Below the pieces are notes generated by a model that saw nothing but the letters and a program-made list of their open reading frames with translations, searched no databases and was not told the origin of the DNA. Shown piece after piece: positions 37,408 to 50,979 of a stretch of DNA of 64,000 nt. Origin of the DNA: Octopus bimaculoides (lineage: Eukaryota); contig NC_068989.1 of assembly GCF_001194135.2 (NCBI RefSeq), positions 71,605,507 to 71,669,506 of the forward strand, written 5' to 3'. Within the stretch, counting starts at the first letter, position 1, and each line of letters begins with the position of its first letter. A program made the position numbers and the translations under genes.

Positions 37408-39830
37408 CTGAAAGACAACATGAGGTCACCTAGATGATATTGAAAGGAATTGACAGTCATGGTATCACATTTCTTTGATAATTATGTAACATAATTAGAA
37501 ACAAACAAACCACAAAGACATTTTTCTCTCAGATAAGAAATTCTGGCTAATGAACTCCATCTGAGAAACTAAAAAAAATTGCTTTTAATCTAGTTTCTCT
37601 CTCTCTCCCATTCTGTATGTCCCCTCTCACTGTCTCTCTCTATGTATGTCCCTCTCTCCCTGTGTAAGTCCCTCTCCCTCTCTGTCTCTCTTTCTGCATG
37701 TCACCCCCCCTCTCTCTCTCTGTATGTCTTCCTCCCCATCTCTTGAATTTTGTAGGCAAAAACTATGTGGATGCCCATACTCATCATCTCATCATCATCA
37801 CTTAACATCCGTTTTCCATGCTGGCATGGGTTGGACAGTTTTCCATCTACCAAATCCACTCGCAAGGCTTTGGTCAACCTGAGGCTATGTTAGAAGACAC
37901 TTGGTAATGTGCCACACAGTGGGACTGAACCAAGAACCATGTGGCTGGGAAGCCTGTACCTGGAGATATTTGGAAATAATTGTTTCAAAAAATTTGTCAC
38001 AGATCTAAATCACAAACAGGAATCTCTCCGCCATTTTTTCTCTTTCAGTTAGCTATCATTAAAATGGTTCTTGTCAACTGACAAACTGTCATTGTCTACA
38101 CTAAAAACTTCACAGTTTATAAAGCATTGTTACATGTCTAACAGGTCCATTGGCAACTAATTTAACTTAGTTGACAATTGTTTGTCACAGAGAAAGGGAG
38201 AAAGGAAAAAGCAGTGGCTGCAATTCTATAGGAAGGACAGGTTCTGGATAGTTAGTTATGCCTCCCATTAACACACACACACAGATGTGAGGAACTTAAC
38301 AACCGGGTTATAATTGGTATGAAATTTCAGAAACGAAAGTATTTGCATCATTATGGTGCAGTAATGTAAGCTGTCAGCTTTAAGAATACAGGACAAGAAG
38401 GAAAGAAAATAAATTACATCACCACTATCACTATCATCATCATCATCATCATCACCATCATCAACACCACCACCGCCACTACCATTCTCTTTAAAACCAA
38501 CATCAACATAACAACTAGTATCAATTTAATTGTCAAGGACAACTTCACTGAATTCTTGTAAAATATAGGGTAACTGTCTCTGAGTGTGAAAAAGCTATGT
38601 TTTTTATTTTATGTTTTTTTTTGTATTTTACAAGGGATGGGAGGAAACTGTTTCAATTGNNNNNNNNNNNNNNNNNNNNNNNNNNNNNNNNNNNNNNNNN
38701 NNNNNNNNNNNNNNNNNNNNNNNNNNNNNNNNNNNNNNNNNNNNNNNNNNNNNNNNNNNNNNNNNNNNNNNNNNNNNNNNNNNNNNNNNNNNNNNNNNNN
38801 NNNNNNNNNNNNNNNNNNNNNNNNNNNNNNNNNNNNNNNNNNNNNNNNNNNNNNNNNNNNNNNNNNNNNNNNNNNNNNNNNNNNNNNNNNNNNNNNNNNN
38901 NNNNNNNNNNNNNNNNNNNNNNNNNNNNNNNNNNNNNNNNNNNNNNNNNNNNNNNNNNNNNNNNNNNNNNNNNNNNNNNNNNNNNNNNNNNNNNNNNNNN
39001 NNNNNNNNNNNNNNNNNNNNNNNNNNNNNNNNNNNNNNNNNNNNNNNNNNNTATATATATATATTATTTTATTTAAAAGAGTTCCAACTCTGTCTGTTTT
39101 TTACGTTTTATTCATATTCTTGTAGAATTAATGTGGGATATAGAATATGGAATATATAATATATAATATAAAAATGGATGGTACAATGAAATGAAGTATT
39201 GAATGTCTTATTGAATATATGAAATATGTCTTATTGAATATAAGTACCCCCTGACTGGCTCTTGTGCCAGTGGAACATAAAAACCACCATCTGAACATGG
39301 CCAATGCCAGTACCTCCTGACCGTCCCCTGTACCAGTGGCACGTAAAAAGCACTATCTGAATGTGATCGATGCCAGGCCGCCTGACAAGCTCCTGTGCTG
39401 GTAGCACATAAAACATACCCACTACACTCTTGGAGTGGTTGGCATTAGGAAGGGCATCCAGCTGTAAAAACATTGCCAGATTAGAATGGACCCTGGTGCA
39501 GCCGCTAGCTCTCCAGACCTCAGTCAAACCGTCCAACCCACGCTAGCATGGAAAACAGATGTTAAACGACGATGATGATGAATATACATTTATATATATA
39601 TGTATACATATACAGTAATCCCTTGCCATATCGCAGTTCACCTATCGTGGCTTATTAGTTAAGCTTACGTCAATTCTTCTGTGGTGTTGTTTTGCATTTA
39701 TAATAAAATAAATATATACAAATGATAAAAATAATAAAAAAAAAATACAGTACTGTTTCTACTTCGAAGATCTTCACCTATCACGGCGGGGTTTTGAAAC
39801 ATAACACCCATGATAGTCGAGGGATTACTG

Positions 39831-39862
<32 letters not shown>

Positions 39863-40263
39863 TATATGCAACATGGAATTTTGTCAGTGAACAGGTCAGT
39901 CTCAAAGCAACGAAAATATTTGGGCAAATTAAATTTAAATGTTGAAGTGTATCTAATGGCTTTTTGTGTGTTTTTAAATGACTTATAAACACCTTCCNNN
40001 NNNNNNNNNNNNNNNNNNNNNNNNNNNNNNNNNNNNNNNNNNNNNNNNNNNNNNNNNNNNNNNNNNNNNNNNNNNNNNNNNNNNNNNNNNNNNNNNNNNN
40101 NNNNNNNNNNNNNNNNNNNNNNNNNNNNNNNNNNNNNNNNNNNNNNNNNNNNNNNNNNNNNNNNNNNNNNNNNNNNNNNNNNNNNNNNNNNNNNNNNNNN
40201 NNNNNNNNNNNNNNNNNNNNNNNNNNNNNNNNNNNNNNNNNNNNNNNNNNNNNNNNNNNNNNN

Positions 40264-40322
<59 letters not shown>

Positions 40323-42060
40323 TCCACACATCTTTGTATTAGTATATTTTATTCCTGTTGCAGCGATTTTTATCATGGCTCAAATTTATTTTTAATTAGT
40401 TATAGACCACTGTCATTAAACAAAATGCTTTATTAAAATGAATGAAGATGTTCCCTGTGAAGTACAGGTCAGTCTATTTTCCATACATCAATATATACAT
40501 CTATGCACACACACACATATACATAAGTATTTTCACATATACACAAATACATATATTTATACACACACACACACATGCATATACATATATATGTTATTTA
40601 ATAAACACAATATATGCTTTCATGTGCCACTATCAGTTCCATGCGATGAAAGTGTGCCAGACAGCATTTTTAAACATGTCCAGTACCCTAGCACTAGGGG
40701 GCCAGATACACATGAAAGTACACACATACTCTGTTTCTTGATGCAGGCATGGCTATGTGGTTAAGAAACTCACTTTGCATTCACAGGGTATTGGGTTCAA
40801 TGCCACCACATGACACCTTGAGCAAGTGTCTTCTACTATGGGCTCAGAGTGACCTGTGCATTGTAAAGTGAATGTGGTAGATAGAAACTATGTTGAAACC
40901 TCTTGTATGCATGTGTTTTTATATATGGATATGGAGTAGTGTTAATTATAGAGGAAAATAATTTATAGGATGGATGACAACTAATTTTTATTATTAAAAT
41001 AAGGATGATGATGATGACGATGATGACATTAGAGAAGCTGCTGCTTGATATATGAAGACATAAACCATTGATCAAACTCAATGGAAACTTCATGGCAGGA
41101 ACCTCACATAGCTAAGGAAGATTTTCCACCCAATGTTTGATACCTGTACATGATGACCAAATATGTAATATATAAAGAAATTACACACACATATACACAC
41201 ACTGAAAAATAGTATTAGTCCTGTTTCATAGTATTTTACTATTTATAGACTGTCTCAATGAAAACTCCATTCATGCAATGTCATACTGCACATAACTGTC
41301 TAAACCAATATTTACTTGGAAACTAAATTAGCTTATCTAAATAAACTACTTTGTTTTAACAATGTTAAACACTCGAGAAAATTAATTTGAGGTTCTTCAA
41401 AAGAAGAAAAAACTGCTATCAAGTTTAAAAGGTTGTTTGTTACCAACTGGGTATCATGTGTGTATGTGTGTGTGAAGGGAGAAAAGGGAAAATAAGAAAG
41501 CTTCAGACAATGCAGAAAGTTTGCATTGTTAGAAGCTTTCCTATTTTCCCTTCTTCAATATTACAATGCTTCAAGTGAACTACATATATATATATTTTGA
41601 CACTCCTTAAAAAGACCATTTCAATACAATGGCTCTTCTCTCTCTCTTTTACCACATCTCTCTATCTGTCTGACTATCAGTCTATCTATCTATCTCTGTA
41701 TCTGCCTGTCTATCTATCTATCTGCTTATACATCTCCCATTGTCTCCAAAGCCTCACCCCCAAAAAACAAAAAAACAAAACAATGTTCTGTTATAAACAA
41801 AACCCCAAAAAACACCTGTTTTATACAAATTAGCAAGATCTCTGTATTTTCACAGAATTATATTTGACAAGTTCGAAAGACAAACGAAAACGCTAATATA
41901 TGTATAAAATAAATGAAAGAAGTTATTCCAAAATTCTGACGACTTTTTTTTTCAATATATATATATGAAGCTTCTTGGGTAAGGGCAGAACAATGCAAGA
42001 TGAGATAAAGGGAACTATGAACTACAAAAGGAAAACAGAACGAAGCTGGAGTTTTACCTT

Positions 42061-42100
42061 ATATTTCTATATTTCAGGGTTATGATCCCTTCTTCAGGAC
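42061..42100 (-). ncRNA. Decayed minimal hammerhead motif at the 3' end of a Penelope-like fragment
   Basis: CUGAAGA-AGGG AUCAUAA CCCU-GAAA-UAUA; stem I is only ~2 bp. Confidence 0.5.
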
Positions 42101-42189
42101 ATGTGGCCAAGTGAGGGATAGAAAAAAAGGTCATTACTCAGAGGAGAGGGAAGACAGTGACATGTGCAGACCAGTGCAGCTATAATAAC

Positions 42190-42760
42190 CAGTCTTTTCT
42201 GTTATTTATAACTTGTCCCAGTCTCTTAATAAGGAGGACCTTCATGATTCTGAGATTGCCTCTAATGCATTGAGTGGCCCTGATGGATATTGTAAAATCC
42301 TGGGTCAAGTACTTCTGTAGGTGTCTTTTGATTGAATTATCAGTACATATGTGTCCCTTGGTGCAAATGTGCAGTTTTCTGGTGGTCCTCCCAATGTATG
42401 ATGCCCCCTATTTACTGCAGACTATCTTGTATACTGCATAGGCCCTTAAGCATAATTTTGTAGTTGTTGATGGGGCAATTAGATAGCTTGCACTCTCCTG
42501 AAGAGTCACAAGGAAAACGAAGGTACACAGTAGTAATAATTCTATAGTAAAACTTTTAACTGATTTGACTTTGATATGTGACATTGATAAGTTGTAACAA
42601 CAGTGAAGTATGTATCTGTTGTTCTCATGGTCACTTCTGGGTCGATTTTCTTTCACCTAGCTCTGAGGTATATTATGTTCTTCAACACAATACATCTATA
42701 ATGGGATTTTTCCAAGATGAAAACCACAGCTTCTAGCATTTCAACTACATATAGACATCA
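42190..42760 (-). mobile_element. Penelope-like element relic (GIY-YIG endonuclease)
   Basis: AVYKIVCSK*GASYIGRTTRKLH GIY-YIG signature with stops, followed downstream by the hammerhead motif. Confidence 0.7.
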
Positions 42761-45700
42761 AGTACATTGTATTGATAGAGTTTTTAAAATATATTTCATT
42801 GGATTAATGATTATGGATTAAATATGTATTCACTCACAGATTTTATCTTTGAGTTCTTTATTCTAAGTGACCTGACATAACTTCTTTGAACTTGTCACTC
42901 CAGGAATATACATACATGTAATAATTGTAAACAAATACAATACCATCATCATAAAGCTGTGTCTCTCATTTCCAATCTTCCATGAAAACATGTCTGGACA
43001 TGATAAAATAATAAGTTACATGGAAACAGATGAGGGCTGGTGATGGAAAAGGTATAGAAAATTCAAATGAACTTTTTATCTCAAATGCGTTTTTTTTTTT
43101 TTCATTTCTTTTTATAAAAACATCTGCCATCAAGTTAAAATTTTGTTTTGCTTTGATTTTTTTTTTTTTGTTACCTACTGGCTAAAAATATAATTTCCTT
43201 ATTTCAGTTAGGTTGCATTAACAAACTGTCTTTCTGTGCAAATAAAAAAAATAAATAAATAACAGTTCTGCAAAGTTGTCAACTACCATTCTGTCTTACT
43301 GAAGGAAAGAAAATTTTTAATTGAAGCTTTGAGGAATTATTGCAAGCAAAGAAATATCAATGATAAAAATCAAGAATCCTAGCTTTTATCTCCAGCAAGG
43401 GCAAGTTGAAAGTCTTTAGAAAAAAAGAAACACAAAAAACACCTGCTATTTATAAGTTAATCAAGTACTTAATTTCCAGCTATTATCAACAAGAAAAATA
43501 GAATTTAGTATGTTATTCTCAAGAACAGTGTAACACCTGTGGAAATGGATTTGCACACAAATAGACAGGTAGATTTTGAGGTGGATTGCTACTATTATCA
43601 TCATTATTATTATTATTATTCCAGTATTAGGATATTCCCAGAAGAACAGCTGTTGAAACAAGCCAGGAAGAGACTTTGTATATGGTCACTCAACTTGTTA
43701 GAAATAGCAGCCAAATCCTCCTCAAATCATGAATACCTTTAACGCTTTAGCATTCAGATTATTCTATCTAATGTAATGCTTATTTATTCACATCGGTTTC
43801 AATTGATCATGCTTTGTCTCATAGTTTTCAGATATTGATGTTTAGTTTTAGAATGACGTAGGGAAAGTGTAATAGGCTGGATCTGATTAGTTTAAACATA
43901 AAACAGGGTTAGATATGGCCAATTTAAATGCTAGAGGAGTTAAGCATAAATTTGCTTGATAAGGGTTGACTAAAAGTTGAACAATTGTAACAACAGCACC
44001 AACAACCATATTTGCAATTATTTCATTGAATTCTCAAATTTAATAAAATAGAAACCATTTCTAATTCAGAATTCATTGTTAAAAAAAAAATCACTTGTTG
44101 AAACTAACACTGGTTACAATGATGAGGGTTCTAATTGATCTGATTAATGGAACAACCTGCTTATGAAATTAACATGCAAGTGGCTGAGCACTCCACAGAC
44201 ATGCATACCCTTAACATAGTCCTTAGGAAGAGTGAGTGAGACACAGAATATGATGAGGCTGGCCCTTTGAAATATAGGTACAACAACTCATTTTTGTCAG
44301 CTGAGTGGACTGGAGCATGGAACTGCAGCATGGCAGATTGTGGAGAGGTAGTGGAAGAGCTCAACTGAGCCAATGGTGCTTCTTGCATTGATGCTGAGCA
44401 GAGTAATCCTAGAAGATCCATGGCCAGGGTCACCAACCTCAATCAAGAGAGTAAACTGCAATAAATCCATAGGAGTGGCACACATGGTTGCGTAATCAGC
44501 TAATGAAAGGTTCATTATGATGCAAGCTCTCAATTCAAATTCATGATAATAGATAGCAACAGAGCCATGGGAATCTGTGAAAGCAGCAGCAAAAAAAAAA
44601 AAAAAAANNNNNNNNNNNNNNNNNNNNNNNNNNNNNNNNNTCTATTGATCTGCTTATCCGTCTGTCTATTTATCTACCAATCTATTTTTATATCTATTTC
44701 TATACCTTTTATATATCTTTAATCATTTACATCCATGAATTTTTAAAACTTTTATATCCATAAAACTATTACAGAAAATTAAACCGCCTCATACCTTCTG
44801 GTACTCTACTCATTATTATATTCTATCTGGTTATATTTTATTTTATTTCATCTTCCTAATCTCTCCTATTAATGGTATTATTATGTTATCTTAATATACT
44901 GGAATAAAGTATGAAATCATAAATTTATTATAAATAAACTGTTATTTGTGTATTGTATTTCAATTTTATCTTCTTTCAGATCAAATGTATAATTGCATAT
45001 ATTTTGGTTAGGAGAATTACCATACAGGCTGTAACACTTGTATTTATGGCCAGAAGATCTTGTGTTATGGTAATGTCTTCTTTTACATGCTTGCATGGGT
45101 CAGACTACAATATGTTGGCATAGAGTTTTCTACAGTCAGATGCCCTTCCTGTCACAAATTCCCTCTTGTTTCCAAATAAAGTAATAATCTTTCAGTCTAG
45201 TGAACAGCCCAGATATACACACATACATAGAGAACTGGAAACCAACAACACTGAAATGAGCCATTTGTTTACAAAGACCACACAACATGTCATGACATAT
45301 GATGAGGCCCCAGACGTGCTTTTGTAGTGGATTGCAACCAAATAACACCATTAACAAAGACATTGCTTACAACTAACAAGTGAAATACATGTGTTTATGA
45401 GAAGGAAACATGAAGTCACTCATACACACAAGCATACACATCATCGTCATCACCTAATGTCTGTTTTCCATGCTGGTATGAGTTGGATGGTTTGACAGGA
45501 GCTGGCAAGGCCAGGAACCACCTTGATTTCCATAGTCTCTTTTGGCTTGGATTCTATAGCTAGACGCCCTTCCTAATATCAACCAATTTACAGCGTATAC
45601 TGGGTGTTTTTTACATGGCACCAGTACACACACACACACATCCATATATGTATATGATGAGTTTGTTTCAGTTTCTGTCTACCAAATTCATTGACAAGGC

Positions 45701-47203
45701 TGTGAGCAGCTTGAGTCTGTAGTAGAAGACACTCTCCCAAGGTGCCGCGCAGCAAGACTGAACCTAAAACCACAAGGTTGGGGAGCAAAATTCTTAACCA
45801 CACAACTGCAGCCATGTCTATGCCTTCTCATCCTTTCACTATTGTTGTCCATTCTTTTAATCCTTTAGCATTCAGATTACTCTGTCAAATATAAGGTTTA
45901 TTTATTTGTATTGTTTTGAATTAATCATACATTATCTCATTGCTACAATATTCCGATCATGTGATTGTTTATTTTTAGAATGACATTTTAGGATGGTTGT
46001 GAGATTCTGGAACATTTGGGTCGGATGTGGCCAATTTAAAGGCTAAAGGATTAAAAAGAGTTCCAATCCTTTTAGTTTCTTTCCTCAAACATCTGTTACA
46101 TGGAGATCTGTTCCTTCCCCTTGTTTCCCAAATAGACACAATCTTTATACACTTATAAAATATAATATGATAGATATAATCTTAATTCCTTTATAGATAT
46201 AATCTATGATGAATGCAATGTTAATTCTGTTAAATCTTGTGTTAACCATTTATGATTTTAATATAGTCTCACTAGATCTTATCCTCTGCCCTCACTTATT
46301 GTTTCTCTTTTGTAAGTCCCAGAAAAGTAGTTGCTTAATGTCCATTTTATTGTTGGTTACTTACTGCCTTCTTAAAAGTGAATCGCAATATATAAATATA
46401 TATATATGAAATAATGATAACAGATGAATGGATTTTCAGTGTAGCTACAATTGTTTCATTAAGAGTTTTTGACATAAGCATAAATACAATTATTTAGATT
46501 ATGCAATACATTATGTAACTTCCAATTTCATCAGGCAACAACGTAAAATAATTGAACAATGACTTGCTGAATAAGCCACTGAGTTATCAACAAGTGAAAC
46601 TTCATATCAGAATACCAATATTCAAAAAGTTCAAAGTGGGTGTGTTCTATGGTTGTCAATCATGAAGGGTAGAAAGGAGGAAAACTTTTTAATATACTAA
46701 CAGCTATAGAAACTAAGATTTATTAAACACAACAATCTCACACATGAAGGCAGAGAAATCAGCTCCAATTGAAAACAGCAGATAGCAGGCACCAATTAAG
46801 TACTAAATATATATATGTCTACTCAGATAACCAAATCTTTCATAGGAATTACTTGAATAAACTCTTCAAAAATTCAGACAATTAAGGTTTACTACACACA
46901 TGAACACAACTGGTTGAACAGTGTCTCTAAAGACTGCATGTTCTCATCAAACAAAAATTGCAATTTAGTATCCCTGGAACAAATGTGTTAATATCAACTA
47001 ATGTTTCTTCAACTCATCATGTGATTGTTCTTGCAGATAAGCTAACTAGATGTAAATAAAGATTTCTTTTTGGGACAACTATATGGTACCAATGCCAGTA
47101 AACAGTCATTAACAAAATATCCAACTATCAGGTGATTAAATGCAATGTGAACCTCAGATAAGCTATTTGAGAAGACAGTTTAAAATAATGCGTGTGAGTG
47201 AAG

Positions 47204-48160
47204 GAGTCTAGGACATTTATCCCCATGGACAACAACTCCCTAGGCAGTTAACCCCTGATGTGAACCGTATTTTCCAGTGTACAAGCCGCTATTTTTCACC
47301 AGGGAAATTTAGTGTGCAGCTTTTTTATAAGTTTCAGGAGGAAAATAATTTGTGTATGGAGATCAAATGATTCTACTGATTTTTTTTCAGAGGAAAGGTC
47401 AGTCGGTGAATAACGTGAAAGACTATTGCTAGAGGACATTGGTGCCTGGACGTAAAGAAAGCATATTTGTTTTGTTTTACCTTCATGTTTTGATAATGTT
47501 ACTTTTAATCTAATAAAGACTTTAGTATTGACGAAATGTGTTTGTTGTTGATTATTTNNNNNNNNNNNNNNNNNNNNNNNNNNNNNNNNNNNNNNNNNNN
47601 NNNNNNNNNNNGGACAACAACTCCCTAGGCAGTTAACCCCTGATGTGAACCGTATTTTCCAGTGTACAAGCCGCTATTTTTCACCAGGGAAATTTAGTGT
47701 GCAGCTTTTTTATAAGTTTCAGGAGGAAAATAATTTGTGTATGGAGATCAAATGATTCTACTGATTTTTTTTCAGAGGAAAGGTCAGTCGGTGAATAACG
47801 TGAAAGACTATTGCTAGAGGACATTGGTGCCTGGACGTAAAGAAAGCATATTTGTTTTGTTTTACCTTCATGTTTTGATAATGTTACTTTTAATCTAATA
47901 AAGACTTTAGTATTGACGAAATGTGTTTGTTGTTGATTATTTATAGAAAGAAATATTTAGATGTTTCAGCCTGTATTAATGCCATAATTAGCAATTATGG
48001 AAACATAAATGGGATACAATATTTGTGAGGAATCGCATATAATTTGCACAATGATTTAAAACTTCTTAATGTATTGGAGAGGGGGTAATTAAGCAAGGGG
48101 GTGATTGTCCTGGGGGAATCATTGGGGCGAATTGTCATTGGGGGGTAATTGTCCTGATAC
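47204..48160. mobile_element. MULE-like non-autonomous element (internally duplicated across a gap)
   Basis: Terminal aggacatttatcccc / gggggtaattgtcctg with reiterated subterminal motifs; flanks gagtgaag / gaatgaag resemble a TSD. Confidence 0.45.
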
Positions 48161-48377
48161 GGAATGAAGTGAATAAAATTTTGATTTAAGTACATAAAAT
48201 GGTCCACTAGTAAGTGAAAGCGCATTATATACATCCTACATTTACTTATACCTATATATATATATAAAATATACAAGAATAAGGGCAGGGAATCGTCAAT
48301 TAATAATAGAATTAATAATTAACAATTTTGCCAAGTAGTTCAGTATGAAAAAACCTTTATCGGTAAAACCATTTATC

Positions 48378-48567
48378 ATCATAAATATACAGGGATTAGC
48401 ATTAAGTTGCTTCTCCAACATACTGAAAATTTAGAAATAGCAGTCAAAGAACTACTGATTCTAAACTACAAATTTTTAGTTTAGAATCAGTAGTTCTTTG
48501 ACTGCTATTTCTAAATTTTCAGTATGTTGGAGAAGCAACTCAATGCTAATCCCTGTATATTTATGAT
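48378..48567. repeat. 190-bp near-perfect palindrome
   Basis: 91-bp arms (48378-48468 / 48477-48567) with one mismatch; the 8-nt centre caaatttt is itself nearly palindromic. Confidence 0.9.
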
Positions 48568-49309
48568 TATATATATATTTATGANNNNNNNNNNNNNNNN
48601 NNNNNNNNNNNNNNNNNNNNNNNNNNNNNNNNNNNNNNNNNNNNNNNNNNNNNNNNNNNNNTATATATATATATATATATCCATCTTTTATAATTTTATG
48701 TATCACCTGACTCATTACCATCAATGTCATCATTTAATGCTTTAATGTGTGTTTTCCATGCTGTCATGTGCTGAATGATTTGACAGGTGCTAGTAAATCC
48801 AGGAGCCAAATGAAGTTCCATTGACTATTTTAGCATGGTTTCTAGAGCCAGATGCTCTCCTAACACCAACCACTTTACTAAGTGTACCAGGTACTTTTTA
48901 TGTGGCACCAGCACTGATAGGGTCAACAAGTATCTTGCAAAAAAAAAAAAGCCTCAATAGGTACTGGGGGAGTAGTATTGATGGGGTGTGGCTTTGTACC
49001 AGTTCAGAGATTTAAGGTATAGGAAGGACAGTAGTGTATTGTGTTCTTAAGCAAGACACTTTATTTCACATTGCTCCAGTTCACTCAGCTGGCAAAAATG
49101 AATAATACCTGTATATCAAAGGGCCAGCGTTGTCACATTCTGTGTCACATTGAATCTCCTCAAAGACTAAGTTAAGAGTACATGTATCTGTGGAATGCTC
49201 AGCCACTATCATGTTAATTCTATGAGCAGGATGTCCCGTTGATTGAATCAACTGAAACCCTCGTCATAACTGACAGAGTGCCAGAAATGGAAACATATAT
49301 ATATACATA

Positions 49310-50319
49310 GAGACTATGAAGCCACGGCCAGCAGGAAGGGACACAGCAAGCATTCTGTCTGTGTCCACATGCAAGAATTCCTCCAACAACTGCAAGACGA
49401 GATGACGAAAGATCCACGGAAAGGAATCTAGGCTTTGGCAAGAGAGTGTTGGAGTCGGTATCATGAAACTGGTCCTGAATGAAGAACTTTGCTACAAATC
49501 ATATAAGAGGTGCAAGGGACAAATTCTGACAAAGTCAAGGAGAACTGCTTGATGAAGACAAAGGAGCTCTTGAACAAGCTGAGGCATCCTGTTGAGCCAG
49601 AGATGATCTGGTTCTTCTCAGATGAAAAGAATTTCTGCCAGGACCAGTTGCACAACACCCACAACAACAGGTAGCTTGCCTACAATCCATGTGATGTCCC
49701 CATGAAAGCCAAGCTTCCCTAAACTGTGATGGTTTTTAGGTGTGTCTCCAGTGAGGGTGATTTAACACAATTCACATTCTTGAACAAGGCCTTAGGCTCC
49801 ATTCAGATGGCTATGTGAAGATGCTGGAAACTGTGAACACATCCCTGGCTGGGGAGGGTTTCTGCTTGAAGGCTATATGTGTGGTAGCAGGATTCGGCTT
49901 CTTGCCATATCTCCAGAAAGAGTCAGAAGAGGTTATCAGAGAATTTCTATGACTTCACCAGCCCCAATTTCTGGTCTCCCAATTCCCTCAATTGTAATCC
50001 CATGGATTACTATGTGTGGGGTGCAGTTGAGAAAGACACCAACCACGCTGCCTGCAGAGAACACATTGATCTTGGTGGCCAAGATCAAGGTGTTCGAAGA
50101 TTTTCCCTGGGACATAGTGGAAAATGCAGGTGCCAGGTTCTGGAGCTGTCTTGAGACTGTGGTGCAAGCTGAGGGTGGCTACTTTAAATAAACTGTTATC
50201 TCCCAACCATAATCTAGTTGATATTTTGGGATTAAAAAAAAAAGACTTTTAGTTTTGAATGGCATAATGTTTTCTTTTCCTTTTATGCAAACTGTAAAAT
50301 TTAACCCGAATACTCTGTA
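49310..50319 (+). mobile_element. Degenerate Tc1/mariner transposase, DD37D (maT-type), with right TIR
   Basis: IWFFSDEKNF; VW*QDSASCH...WSPNSLNCNPMDYYVWG with 37 residues between the 2nd and 3rd Asp; frameshifts and stops. Right end ...cccgaatactctg|TA. Confidence 0.85.
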
Positions 50320-50519
50320 CATACACTCACATATATAAGTGCATGTGTATGCATGTGTGTATATATATATATATATATTTACTTGGAGAATGGAGCAACA
50401 AGTACAAGAAAAAGCATTTTCGTTGGACTAGATAGCCGTTGTTTTATTATGTGGAGCTTGTGAAATGAGTCAGTGTGGAGGTTTAGGGTATGTAATGAGT
50501 CATTTTGTATATTATGTCA

Positions 50520-50575
50520 GTCACTTACGCACGTTTCGATCCAGCCAGTAGTTTGGCCGATCTCTTCAGAGTGAC
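50520..50575 (-). ncRNA. Type I hammerhead ribozyme motif, intact catalytic core
   Basis: GUCACU-CUGAAGA-GAUC(GGCCA AACUAC UGGCU G)GAUC-GAAA-CG UG CG-UA-AGUGAC: 6-bp stem I, extended stem II, short stem III, GUA cleavage triplet. Confidence 0.8.
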
Positions 50576-50943
50576 AGCGCATCCGGCAATCACAAACATC
50601 ACGTGGAGATGTGCTTGACTAAAACTGGAACAATGTTCTTAAATAGCACCCACCCTATATCCCCTTACAAGNNNNNNNNNNNNNNNNNNNNNNNNNNNNN
50701 NNNNNNNNNNNNNNNNNNNNNNNNNNNNNNNNNNNNNNNNNNNNNNNNNNNNNNNNNNNNNNNNNNNNNNNNNNNNNNNNNNNNNNNNNNNNNNNNNNNN
50801 NNNNNNNNNNNNNNNNNNNNNNNNNNNNNNNNNNNNNNNNNNNNNNNNNNNNNNNNNNNNNNNNNNNNNNNNNNNNNNNNNNNNNNNNNNNNNNNNNNNN
50901 NNNNNNNNNNNNNNNNNNNNNNNNNNNNNNNNNNNNNNNNNNN

Positions 50944-50979
<36 letters not shown>

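Noticed and set aside
47227-47942. Identical 331-bp direct repeat on both sides of a 54-N gap
   Set aside because: Typical unmerged contig overlap; there is no divergence between the copies.
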